A DNA stretch of 64,000 nt, taken from the NCBI GenBank assembly GCA_902544065.1, contig CACCAS010000003.1:4492-68491 (forward strand). Direction: 5' to 3'. Source of the stretch: an uncultured Pelagibacteraceae bacterium. GTDB taxonomy: Bacteria > Pseudomonadota > Alphaproteobacteria > Pelagibacterales > AG-422-B15. The translations under genes were made by a program, and so were the position numbers. The notes below the pieces were generated by a model that was given only the letters and a program-made list of their open reading frames with translations, made no database searches and was not told where the DNA came from. Shown piece by piece: positions 32,863-41,985 of this stretch. Each line of letters begins with the position of its first letter. Positions within the stretch are counted from its first letter, which is position 1.

Positions 32863-33871
32863 TACGAAGATCAAAATATCTAACCTTTATAAAATTTTTG
32901 GCAATAACTCTAAAAAATATATTCCAAAAGTACGTAGTGGTATGTCAAAAGATGAACTACTTACTAAATATAATCATGTATTAGGTTTAGATGACATCAA
33001 CTTGAATGTTGCTGAGCAATCTATACAGGTAGTCATGGGTTTATCTGGGTCAGGTAAGTCAACATTAATTAGACATATAAACAGATTGATTGAACCAACA
33101 GAGGGAAGTGTATTGATTGATGATCAAGATATTACAAAACTGAATAATTCTGAATTACTTGAATTCAGAAGAAATCGAACTGGTATGGTCTTTCAGAGGT
33201 TTGCTCTTTTTCCTCATCATAATATTATTGATAATGTTAAATTTGGTCTCAGTATAAAAAATGTAGAAAAAGCAGAGTCAAATGACAAAGCAATGTTCTG
33301 GATTGATAAAGTGGGCTTAAATGGTTTTGAATATAAGTTTCCTAATCAGTTATCAGGAGGAATGCAACAAAGGGTCGGCTTAGCAAGAGCTCTTGCAACT
33401 GATCCAGATATTCTGCTGATGGATGAGGCTTTTAGTGCTCTTGATCCACTAATCAGAACTGATATGCAAGACCAGCTATTAGAGTTACAAAAAAATTTAA
33501 AAAAAACTATTATGTTTATAACCCATGATCTTGATGAGGCATTAAAATTAGGTGATCGTATTTCAATACTTAACGGTGGGAAACTTGTTCAAGATGGCAC
33601 TGCTGAGGACATATTAATGAGTCCTGCTGATGAGTACGTCAAAAACTTTGTAAAAGACGTTAATAGAGCTAAAGTTTTAAAAATAAAATCAATTATGAAT
33701 TTTTCAGGAGTTCAGAATAATTCTGATGCTTTTGTAAAACTAGATGACAATATAGAAAGCTGTTTGCCAAAAATACTTGAAAGCGAACATGAATTAAATG
33801 TATTTGATGATAAGAATAAATTCGTAGGCTTGATCTCAAGAAATAATGTTGCAGATATTCTTAAAAATTAA
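32855..33871 (+). CDS. proV: Glycine betaine/proline ABC transporter ATP-binding protein
   Basis: GLSGSGKST Walker [16 protein letters not shown] signature, [11 protein letters not shown] Walker B, short CBS-like tail. I favour the GTG at 32855 (8-nt overlap with proW). The track start at 32798 overlaps proW by 65 nt. Confidence 0.88.
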   Translation: MNNTKIKISNLYKIFGNNSKKYIPKVRSGMSKDELLTKYNHVLGLDDINLNVAEQSIQVVMGLSGSGKSTLIRHINRLIEPTEGSVLIDDQDITKLNNSELLEFRRNRTGMVFQRFALFPHHNIIDNVKFGLSIKNVEKAESNDKAMFWIDKVGLNGFEYKFPNQLSGGMQQRVGLARALATDPDILLMDEAFSALDPLIRTDMQDQLLELQKNLKKTIMFITHDLDEALKLGDRISILNGGKLVQDGTAEDILMSPADEYVKNFVKDVNRAKVLKIKSIMNFSGVQNNSDAFVKLDDNIESCLPKILESEHELNVFDDKNKFVGLISRNNVADILKN

Positions 33872-35010
33872 GGATTTAAATTATTCAAATAATTTAGTCT
33901 TCCTATAATTTCATCTCTATCTATATAATATCCCTGCAAGTGTCTCTCACCAGAATTGGCATCGTATTCTTTTCGACCGTGAAGTACTCGTCTATTATTA
34001 AAGCTGAATATATCCCCAGCTTTAAGTCTGAAATTTATTTCAAATTTAGGATCGTGAAGTAAAGCGATTAGTTTTCGGTAAGCTTCGTAAAACTTATCCA
34101 TTTGGTTGGGGCTACAATCCATAACTCCCATATAAGCAACACTAAACCTTATATCGTTAAAATCATTATTATGATCTAAAGAAAATAGAGGTTTATGCAT
34201 TACCCTTATAGTATTTGAAGTATAATCTCTATTTACAAATTTGACAGGCGTCTCTAAAAGAGTTTCAAAATATTCTGTATAATTTGCTTTCATGTAACTA
34301 GCAACTTTGAAACCATCTACTGCAACCGACTCGCCTCCAGAAGCATTGTTGATCAAGCAATGCAAGAATTGATATCCTGGTGCTATTTCATAGTATGGAA
34401 GATCTAAATGGTTCCTTAATGCAGCTGCGGTATAAGCAGAATTGTTAGGATTAGGAATATCAATAACTTCAAAAGGTGTTTTAAAAAAGGTTTCTCTATG
34501 GTGACTAATATTAGCAATTACATCAAAACCAGATTCCTTATCCGTGGGTGCATTTTTAACAATAGAAATACCTTTGTAGTGAAGCTGCTCAAGCCACTTT
34601 TTAATTCCATCATCTCCACTAATAATTTCCTTATAGTCTATTTGAATATCTTCCAAATTAGATTCTATACTATGGTCCCATAGAAAATATGGCGAAATGT
34701 ATGTTTTTTTACTTTTAAGTGTGTAGCAATTATGTCTGAGCCAATCGCTATCATAGTAGCTTGTATGATCACCTTCACTCCATTCAATTACAAGCGCCCC
34801 TTTATCATTTATCTTATAAGACTTTGGATGTATATCATCTGTAACCGTTAAAAGGTTGAAAGTTCTCTCTCTTGCAGTTGGATGAACTTCTGATGGGCAA
34901 TTATCTCTCAGCCATAAAAAATTAAATTTACTTTGCTCACCATCGCTCCAATCAACTAGTATTGATTTACCATTCTTTTTCAACGACGATATAGATGGAT
35001 TATGATTCAT
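33868..35010 (-). CDS. Gamma-butyrobetaine dioxygenase-like Fe(II)/2-oxoglutarate oxygenase (DUF971 plus TauD fold)
   Basis: 380 aa. N-terminal DUF971-type block ([22 protein letters not shown]), H-x-D (NHLDLPYY), distal His (VLHGRKEY). Adjacent to carnitine dehydrogenase and BKACE. Confidence 0.75.
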   Translation of the reverse strand: MNHNPSISSLKKNGKSILVDWSDGEQSKFNFLWLRDNCPSEVHPTARERTFNLLTVTDDIHPKSYKINDKGALVIEWSEGDHTSYYDSDWLRHNCYTLKSKKTYISPYFLWDHSIESNLEDIQIDYKEIISGDDGIKKWLEQLHYKGISIVKNAPTDKESGFDVIANISHHRETFFKTPFEVIDIPNPNNSAYTAAALRNHLDLPYYEIAPGYQFLHCLINNASGGESVAVDGFKVASYMKANYTEYFETLLETPVKFVNRDYTSNTIRVMHKPLFSLDHNNDFNDIRFSVAYMGVMDCSPNQMDKFYEAYRKLIALLHDPKFEINFRLKAGDIFSFNNRRVLHGRKEYDANSGERHLQGYYIDRDEIIGRLNYLNNLNP

Positions 35011-35013
35011 AAA

Positions 35014-35985
35014 CTATTTAAAATTATTGTATTTACTACCCCAATTTGGAAACTTATCTTTTTGATTTTTATTTAAAGTTTTCATAATTTCAATCAAAAA
35101 TAAATCTCTTTGTTCCTCAAGCTCTTTGATACTAAATTTCCCAGCCTGTTTTTTCGTGCCAGAAATCATTGATTCTTTCAGTTTACTCGATAATTCAGGC
35201 GCTTTCAATTTAGTCCAAGGCAGCTTTAGAGCAGGACCAAACTGCTCTAGCATATGTTTCATTCCCGTTTCTCCACCAGCTAAATGAAATGTTAAACATA
35301 CCCCCATAAAGGCCCATCTTAATCCAGGCCCGTACACAATAGCGTCATCAACTTCTTCAGTTGATGCTACGCCATCATTTATTATATGTAAGGCCTCACG
35401 CCATAAAGCTTCTTGAAGTCTATCTGAAATGTATCCTTCTATCTCTTTTCGAATAACAAGGGGTCGCATTCCAATATGTTCATATATTTTTTTTAATTTT
35501 TTTACATTTGTATGACTAGTTTTTTTACCAGCTACAATCTCAACAAGTGGTAACAAGTATACTGGATTAAATGGATGTCCAATTAATACCCTTTCAGGAA
35601 ACTTACATATAGATTGAATTTTTGATGGTAGTAATCCAGAGGAACTGGATGCAATCATAATATTTTTTGGAATTATACTATCAATTTTTTTTAGAATATT
35701 TTTTTTAATTTTTTCATTTTCCGGTGCATTTTCTTGAACAAAGGTTGTTTCATGTAAAGCATCATTAAGGTTAGTAAAAACTTTAAGTTTATTCAATGAA
35801 GCATGTTTATTTAAACCTATCTTTTTAAGACTTTTAAATGCAAAACGAATATTTTTTTTTAATTTCTTAAGTGAGTTAATATTTGGGTCATAAGCTTTAA
35901 CAATATAGCCTTTAGCAAGAAATCTTGCCGCCCATCCAGCACCAATTACACCTGTTCCAATAATCGAAACAATTTTTTTTTTCAA
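35014..35985 (-). CDS. L-carnitine dehydrogenase-type 3-hydroxyacyl-CoA dehydrogenase family protein
   Basis: [20 protein letters not shown] Rossmann N-terminus; 323 aa. Co-directional with and overlapping a BKACE gene, as in known carnitine loci. Confidence 0.7.
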   Translation of the reverse strand: MKKKIVSIIGTGVIGAGWAARFLAKGYIVKAYDPNINSLKKLKKNIRFAFKSLKKIGLNKHASLNKLKVFTNLNDALHETTFVQENAPENEKIKKNILKKIDSIIPKNIMIASSSSGLLPSKIQSICKFPERVLIGHPFNPVYLLPLVEIVAGKKTSHTNVKKLKKIYEHIGMRPLVIRKEIEGYISDRLQEALWREALHIINDGVASTEEVDDAIVYGPGLRWAFMGVCLTFHLAGGETGMKHMLEQFGPALKLPWTKLKAPELSSKLKESMISGTKKQAGKFSIKELEEQRDLFLIEIMKTLNKNQKDKFPNWGSKYNNFK

Positions 35986-36866
35986 CGTTTTAATCCAAGA
36001 TGCATTCTTGCTTCATCAGGACCCATTACATTTGAGCCTAAATTATTAATTATTGTAGCAGCTTTTTCAACAAGTGATCCATTCGTAGCATAAACGCCTT
36101 TTTCTAAATAAAGATTGTCTTCAAGTCCAACTCTAACATTGCCTCCTAATAAAACAGCTTGTGCTACCATCGGCATTTGATTAATTCCGATTCCAAATGC
36201 CCCCCAGTTACTTCCTTTAGGTATCATATCAACCATATTTTTCATTGACCCAGTTGTAGCGGGCGCACCGTAGGGTATACCTAAACAAATTTGAAATAAT
36301 AATGGCTGATCTAGTAAGCCTTCTTCTAACATCTGATTTGCAAACCATAAATGACCTGTATCAAAGACTTCAAGTTCTGGTTTAACCCCTAATTCTTGAA
36401 TTCTCTTAGCACCTATCCTTAGTTGTTCAGGGGTTCCAACATAGATCATATTTCCATCACCAAAATTTAGAGTACCGCAATCTAAGGAACATATATCAGG
36501 CAGTAGTTCTTCAATATGACTCAGTCTTTCAAGTGCATTTACAAAATCTGTATTAGAACCAAAGTTTAATAAATCATCTTCTGGACCAATTTCTATATCT
36601 CCTCCCATTCCACTTGTGAGATTAATTATCACATTAGTCCCACTATCTTTAATTCGGCTAACTACTTCTTTATAAAGTTCATTATCTCGGGATCCCTTTC
36701 CAGTTTCAGGATTTCGAACATGAATATGGGCTATGGCAGCTCCAGCATTAGCAGCTTCAATAGACGCGTTTGCTATTTCCTCAGGAGTAACAGGAATATT
36801 AGGATGCTTGCCAACAGAGTCTCCTGATCCAGTAACTGCACAGGAAATTATAATATTTTTATTCAT
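35982..36866 (-). CDS. BKACE-family (DUF849) beta-keto acid cleavage enzyme, dehydrocarnitine-cleaving type by context
   Basis: [13 protein letters not shown]...[32 protein letters not shown], the characteristic BKACE N-terminal block; 294 aa. Confidence 0.75.
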   Translation of the reverse strand: MNKNIIISCAVTGSGDSVGKHPNIPVTPEEIANASIEAANAGAAIAHIHVRNPETGKGSRDNELYKEVVSRIKDSGTNVIINLTSGMGGDIEIGPEDDLLNFGSNTDFVNALERLSHIEELLPDICSLDCGTLNFGDGNMIYVGTPEQLRIGAKRIQELGVKPELEVFDTGHLWFANQMLEEGLLDQPLLFQICLGIPYGAPATTGSMKNMVDMIPKGSNWGAFGIGINQMPMVAQAVLLGGNVRVGLEDNLYLEKGVYATNGSLVEKAATIINNLGSNVMGPDEARMHLGLKR

Positions 36867-36935
36867 AAGATTATGAAGTTACAATATTAAAAAGAATTTA
36901 CAATTTGAATAGTATAGTATGTAATAAAAAACAAA

Positions 36936-38360
36936 ATGAAAAATCTTCAAAAATTTTATATTAACGGTAAATGGGTTACACCGAAATCAACTAAAACAAT
37001 GGCAGTTCTCAACCCTGCAACTGAAGATTTGATAGGTGAGATAATCCTTGGTAATTCTAAAGATGTAGATATCGCCGTGAGTGCTGCAAAAAATGCATTT
37101 AATAGCTTTTCTAAAACCTCAAAGAATGATCGTTTAGAATTACTTAATAAAATTAGGCAGATTTCTGAAAAAAGGTTTGAAGATCTTGCAGATGCAATGA
37201 CATCTGAAATGGGAGCTCCTCATAGAATGGCTAGAGATGCGCAGGCAGATGCAGCAATAGGACATTTAGATGGTTTTATTGATGCATTAAAGAAGCATGA
37301 AGAAAAAATTGTTCTTTCTAATACAGATGTACTTTTAAAAGAGCCAATAGGAGTTTGTGGTTTAATTACTCCCTGGAACTGGCCCATTAATCAAATTACA
37401 TTGAAAGTACTTCCTGTGATTGCTACAGGATGTACATGTATTTTAAAGCCATCTGAGCATACACCTTTATCAGCGATGGTTTATGCTGAAATTCTTGATG
37501 AGGCTGGAGTCCCTGATGGCGTATTTAATTTAGTACACGGAGATGGAGAAGGGGTAGGCGTGTCGATGTCTCGGCATCCAGATATAGAAATGATGTCATT
37601 TACTGGCTCAAAAAGAGGAGGTAAGTCAGTTACCATTGAATCTGCTGAGACTGTAAAAAAAGTAACATTAGAATTAGGCGGCAAATCACCCAACATTGTA
37701 TTTGCGGACTGTGACTTAGAGGAAAAAGTAAAAGCTTCAGTAAATGAATGTATGTTTAATACTGGACAATCTTGTGATGCTCCTACAAGGTTACTGGTAG
37801 AAAAAAAATGCTACGATGAGGTAATTGATATTGCAAAAAAAACTGCTGAAGAAATTAAGGTAGGGGATCCGACACTAGACGGTGACCATCTCGGGCCACT
37901 CTTTGATAAAATACAATTTGATCGAGTTCAGAATATGATTCAAGTTGGTATTGATGAGGGAGCAAAATTACTAGCAGGGGGCCTTGGAAAGCCTGATGGT
38001 CATGAAAAAGGATGGTTTGTAAAGCCAACAATTTTTTCTGATGTAAAGAATAATATGAGAGTTGCTCAAGAAGAAATATTTGGTCCAGTACTAGTTATAA
38101 TTCCTTTTGATGACGAGGATGAGGCAATCAGAATAGCAAATGATACTCCTTATGGTCTTGCTGCCTATCTGCAAACGGGAGATAAAGAAAGAGCTGAACG
38201 TGTCTCAAGGCAATTAAGAGCAGGTGGTGTTCATGTTAATGGTGGTGGTTATAATTATGGTTCACCTTTCGGGGGATATAAAGAATCTGGTAATGGCCGA
38301 GAAGGTGGAGACATGGGGCTAGAAGATTACCTTGAAACTAAAGCACTTCACATTGCTTAA
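36936..38360 (+). CDS. NAD(P)-dependent aldehyde dehydrogenase (betaine aldehyde or trimethylaminobutyraldehyde dehydrogenase candidate)
   Basis: ITPWNWP, LELGGKSP (catalytic Glu), FNTGQSCDAPTR (catalytic Cys), EEIFGPV; 474 aa. Confidence 0.85.
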   Translation: MKNLQKFYINGKWVTPKSTKTMAVLNPATEDLIGEIILGNSKDVDIAVSAAKNAFNSFSKTSKNDRLELLNKIRQISEKRFEDLADAMTSEMGAPHRMARDAQADAAIGHLDGFIDALKKHEEKIVLSNTDVLLKEPIGVCGLITPWNWPINQITLKVLPVIATGCTCILKPSEHTPLSAMVYAEILDEAGVPDGVFNLVHGDGEGVGVSMSRHPDIEMMSFTGSKRGGKSVTIESAETVKKVTLELGGKSPNIVFADCDLEEKVKASVNECMFNTGQSCDAPTRLLVEKKCYDEVIDIAKKTAEEIKVGDPTLDGDHLGPLFDKIQFDRVQNMIQVGIDEGAKLLAGGLGKPDGHEKGWFVKPTIFSDVKNNMRVAQEEIFGPVLVIIPFDDEDEAIRIANDTPYGLAAYLQTGDKERAERVSRQLRAGGVHVNGGGYNYGSPFGGYKESGNGREGGDMGLEDYLETKALHIA

Positions 38361-38380
38361 GAATAATAAAATATTATGAT

Positions 38381-40327
38381 ATGCCAAGGTTGCTTTGGAG
38401 CCCATCTAAGAAAAGAGTAAAAAAAACAAACCTATATAATTACTTTCTATTTTTAGAAGAAAAAAACAAAATTCAATTAAGTTTTGATTATAGTAAAATC
38501 TGGTCCTGGAGTATTAATCATCCTGCTGAATTTTGGTTAAGCTTAATAGATTATTTAGGCATAAAGTACACAGGAAGCTCTAGCCCAGTTATTGAAAAGG
38601 ATAATTTTATATACAGTCAAAAATTTTTTAAAAATATTAAAATTAATTATGCCGAAAATATTTTATCTAATCTTAACTCATGCCCGATTACCTTTATCAA
38701 TGAACTTGGTTTCAAGAAAAGTTATTATAAGGAAGATTTAGTATCAAAAACGTCAATATTAGCTAACTATTTTAGATCTATAGGGGTTAAAAAAGGAGAT
38801 CGGATTACGGCTGTTTCGGTAAACAGTGCTGAGACACTAATTGCATTTTTGGCGGTGAACTCTATCGGGGCGATCTGGTCATCTTGCTCGCCAGATTTTG
38901 GCGAGGCAGCTATTTTAGATCGTTTTAACCAAATAAAACCAAAGATATTATTATATTCTAAAATTTATCTATATGGTGGAAAAAAATTTAATATTGAAAA
39001 GAAAATAAAAAATGTAATTAATAATATCAAAACACTCGAACATACTATTTGTATTAATTATCCAGACAAGAAACTGGATAAAGGAATAGATGAAATAAGT
39101 TTAAATTCAATTTTTCAAAAAGAAACTTATCAAGAAAAAATTATTTTCGAAGAAAACTCATTTAATGACCCAATGTATATTCTTTATTCTAGTGGAACAA
39201 CCGGTAAACCTAAATGCATAGTTCATAATACTGGTGGACCACTTCTACAACATGCAAAGGAGCAACAGCTTCATTGTGATCTTAAAATAGGTGACAAATT
39301 ATTTTATTATACAACCTGTGGATGGATGATGTGGAACTGGCTTATTACAGGTTTAGCGTCAGGAGTTTCATTAGTACTTTATGATGGATCCCCATTTTAT
39401 CCAGACAAAGAAGCCCTTTTTAAAATTGCTGAAGAAGAAGAAATAACGTGCTTTGGAACAAGTGCAAAATTTATTGATGCTTTAAGAAATGATAAGGTAA
39501 ATATTCTAGAAAAATATAATTTAGCTAAACTTCAATCAATATTAAGCACAGGTTCACCACTTATAAGTGAGAGTTTTGAGTATGTGTACAAATTCATTAA
39601 AAAAGATATACATCTGGCGTCCATTAGTGGAGGGACAGACATTGTTTCTTGCTTTGTTGGCGGCAATCCAATGTTGCCAGTTTACTCTGGCGAAATACAA
39701 AGTAAGTGTCTTGGGGTAGATGTAGATGTTCTTGATGAAAAAGGTCAGGGTACGCTTCAAAAAGGTGAGCTGGTATGTAAATCACCGCTTCCATCTATGC
39801 CGATTGGATTTTGGAATGACTTAAATAAAGAGAAATATATTAAATCATACTTTTCAAAATTTAAGAATGTATGGACACAAGGTGATTACGCTAAAATATC
39901 TCAAAATAATGGAATAGTCATTTATGGACGGTCAGATTCAACATTAAATCCTGGTGGAATTAGAATTGGAACTGCCGAAATATATAGGTCTGTCGAGCAA
40001 ATAGATGAGATTGTTGAGTCTATTGTAGTTGGCCAGTCTTGGAACAATGACACAAGAATTATTTTATTTGTGAAACTTCAAAACGATATTGAACTTGATC
40101 AAGTTATTACTGATAAAATTAAATATAATATTAGATCTTCTAATTCTATAAGACATGTACCCGCAAAAATTATTAAAGTAAGTGATATACCTAGAACAAG
40201 AAGTGGTAAAATAGCAGAAATTACTGTGAGAGATATAATCAATGGCATGAATATTAAGAATTTAGAGGCTTTAGCCAATCCTGCTTGTTTATCGGAATAT
40301 GAAAATATTGAAGAATTAAAAAATTAG
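38381..40327 (+). CDS. Acetoacetate-CoA ligase (acetoacetyl-CoA synthetase)
   Basis: 648 aa. LLWSPS N-terminus typical of acetoacetyl-CoA synthetases, AMP-binding YSSGTTGKPKCIVH, C-terminal PRTRSGKI. Confidence 0.8.
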   Translation: MPRLLWSPSKKRVKKTNLYNYFLFLEEKNKIQLSFDYSKIWSWSINHPAEFWLSLIDYLGIKYTGSSSPVIEKDNFIYSQKFFKNIKINYAENILSNLNSCPITFINELGFKKSYYKEDLVSKTSILANYFRSIGVKKGDRITAVSVNSAETLIAFLAVNSIGAIWSSCSPDFGEAAILDRFNQIKPKILLYSKIYLYGGKKFNIEKKIKNVINNIKTLEHTICINYPDKKLDKGIDEISLNSIFQKETYQEKIIFEENSFNDPMYILYSSGTTGKPKCIVHNTGGPLLQHAKEQQLHCDLKIGDKLFYYTTCGWMMWNWLITGLASGVSLVLYDGSPFYPDKEALFKIAEEEEITCFGTSAKFIDALRNDKVNILEKYNLAKLQSILSTGSPLISESFEYVYKFIKKDIHLASISGGTDIVSCFVGGNPMLPVYSGEIQSKCLGVDVDVLDEKGQGTLQKGELVCKSPLPSMPIGFWNDLNKEKYIKSYFSKFKNVWTQGDYAKISQNNGIVIYGRSDSTLNPGGIRIGTAEIYRSVEQIDEIVESIVVGQSWNNDTRIILFVKLQNDIELDQVITDKIKYNIRSSNSIRHVPAKIIKVSDIPRTRSGKIAEITVRDIINGMNIKNLEALANPACLSEYENIEELKN

Positions 40328-40341
40328 TTTTATATTTTTTT

Positions 40342-41433
40342 ATGGATTTTAATTATGACTCAAAAGAAATTAGGTTTTCTATTGGAGATGAGCAATATAA
40401 GCTTCATCCTTTATGGATGAGAGAACGGTCATTAGAAGAAGGAGCAGTCGATCAAAATTCACTACAACGACTATATGACCCAGAGAAAATCATTGAAAAT
40501 TTAGAAATCAAAGAAGTAAATAAGTTAGACGAAGATAAACTGTTAATTAAATTCTCAGATAATCATATAGCTAAGTATTGTATAAAAAACTTAATTAAAG
40601 AAATAAAGAGAGCCAAAGGACTTCCTGATAAAGTTTTTTGGAATAAAGACAATATCTCACTCAGAAAGTTTAAATTTGATTACAATACGAATGAAAATAA
40701 ACAAATTTATGAGATATTAAAATATTATCATAGATACGGATTTGCAATTGTCAGCAAACTCAAACCCGAAGATGGTGAGATTATAAATTTTGCAAAAAAA
40801 ATTGGATATATTAGAGAAACTAATTTTGGAAAATTGTTTAACGTTAAGTCTCAAAAACAACCAAACGATTTAGCATATACATCCATTGAATTAGAGTCTC
40901 ATACTGATAATCCATATCGAAAACCAGTACCTTCTATTCAATTTCTTTTTTGTATTCATAATAGTTGCCAAGGAGGCGACTCAACAATTGTTGATGGGTT
41001 TAAGGTTGCAGAAGACTTAAAAAATGAAAATCCGAATGCGTTTAATACCCTTACGAATACTCTTATCAATTTTAAATTTAAAGACAAAGATGCTATACTG
41101 GAAAAAACAGGTAAGATCATTAAGTTAAGTGAACGAGGAGAGATAAAGCAAATAAAGTATAGCAACAGACTGGATTTTGTTTTTTATCAAGACCCTAAAA
41201 AGCTTAATGAATTTTATGCGTCAAAAAGAGTGATTCACAAAATGATAAATTCTTCTAAATATATATTTAAGTTTCGCTTAGAACCAGGAGATTTAATTAT
41301 TATGAATAATTATCGAACACTTCATGGCAGAACAAGTTATAATACAGCTGAAGGCAATAGATGGCTACAGGGATTATATATAGACCATGACTCCGCAGAA
41401 AGTAAATTTAAATTATTATCAGAGGAAATATAA
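40342..41433 (+). CDS. BBOX/TauD-family Fe(II)/2OG oxygenase, TmpA/PhnY-like by context
   Basis: 363 aa. DUF971-like N-terminus (FSIGDEQYKLHPLWMRER), H-x-D (ESHTDNPY), distal His (TLHGRTSY). Its stop TAA is immediately followed by the ATG of the HD protein. Confidence 0.7.
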   Translation: MDFNYDSKEIRFSIGDEQYKLHPLWMRERSLEEGAVDQNSLQRLYDPEKIIENLEIKEVNKLDEDKLLIKFSDNHIAKYCIKNLIKEIKRAKGLPDKVFWNKDNISLRKFKFDYNTNENKQIYEILKYYHRYGFAIVSKLKPEDGEIINFAKKIGYIRETNFGKLFNVKSQKQPNDLAYTSIELESHTDNPYRKPVPSIQFLFCIHNSCQGGDSTIVDGFKVAEDLKNENPNAFNTLTNTLINFKFKDKDAILEKTGKIIKLSERGEIKQIKYSNRLDFVFYQDPKKLNEFYASKRVIHKMINSSKYIFKFRLEPGDLIIMNNYRTLHGRTSYNTAEGNRWLQGLYIDHDSAESKFKLLSEEI

Positions 41434-41985
41434 ATGGAAAAAGTAAAATTTACTCAGATGAAAGATGGCACAAAAGAAGATTATGATCTTTTAAGTAAGT
41501 ATGAAGAAAAGTTTTCAAAAGATCTTCCTGATAGAATACTAGATGCTTTGAGAAATTTAGATAGTTCAGTTGATGGTTATCAAGTAACAAGGTTAGAGCA
41601 TTCACTTCAATCAGCAACTCGAGCTGAAAAAGATGGCGCAGATGAAGAAATGGTGGTGGCAACTCTTGTACACGATATTGGAGATAATCTTGCCCCATAT
41701 AATCATAGTCAACTTGTTGCCTCAGTTTTAAGGCCCTACGTTTCTGAAAAAGTATATTGGATTATGCTTCATCACGGGATTTTTCAAGAATATTACTATG
41801 CTCATCACATAGGGAGGGATCGACATGCTAGAGAAAAATTAAAAGATCATCCTTACTATCAAGATGCAGTGGATTTTTGTGAAAAGTGGGATCAAAAGTC
41901 ATTTGATCCAGATTATGAATCCTATTCTCTTGAATACTTTGAACCAAAAGTAAGGAAGCTTTTCTCTAAGGAGCCAAATTTTTAA
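41434..41985 (+). CDS. HD-domain protein, candidate mixed-valent diiron oxygenase (TmpB/PhnZ-like) rather than a phosphohydrolase
   Basis: 183 aa. Ordered candidate metal ligands H56 (LEH), H80-D81 (LVHDIGD), H91, H113-H114, later Asp residues. Directly abuts the BBOX-like gene. Confidence 0.55.
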   Translation: MEKVKFTQMKDGTKEDYDLLSKYEEKFSKDLPDRILDALRNLDSSVDGYQVTRLEHSLQSATRAEKDGADEEMVVATLVHDIGDNLAPYNHSQLVASVLRPYVSEKVYWIMLHHGIFQEYYYAHHIGRDRHAREKLKDHPYYQDAVDFCEKWDQKSFDPDYESYSLEYFEPKVRKLFSKEPNF

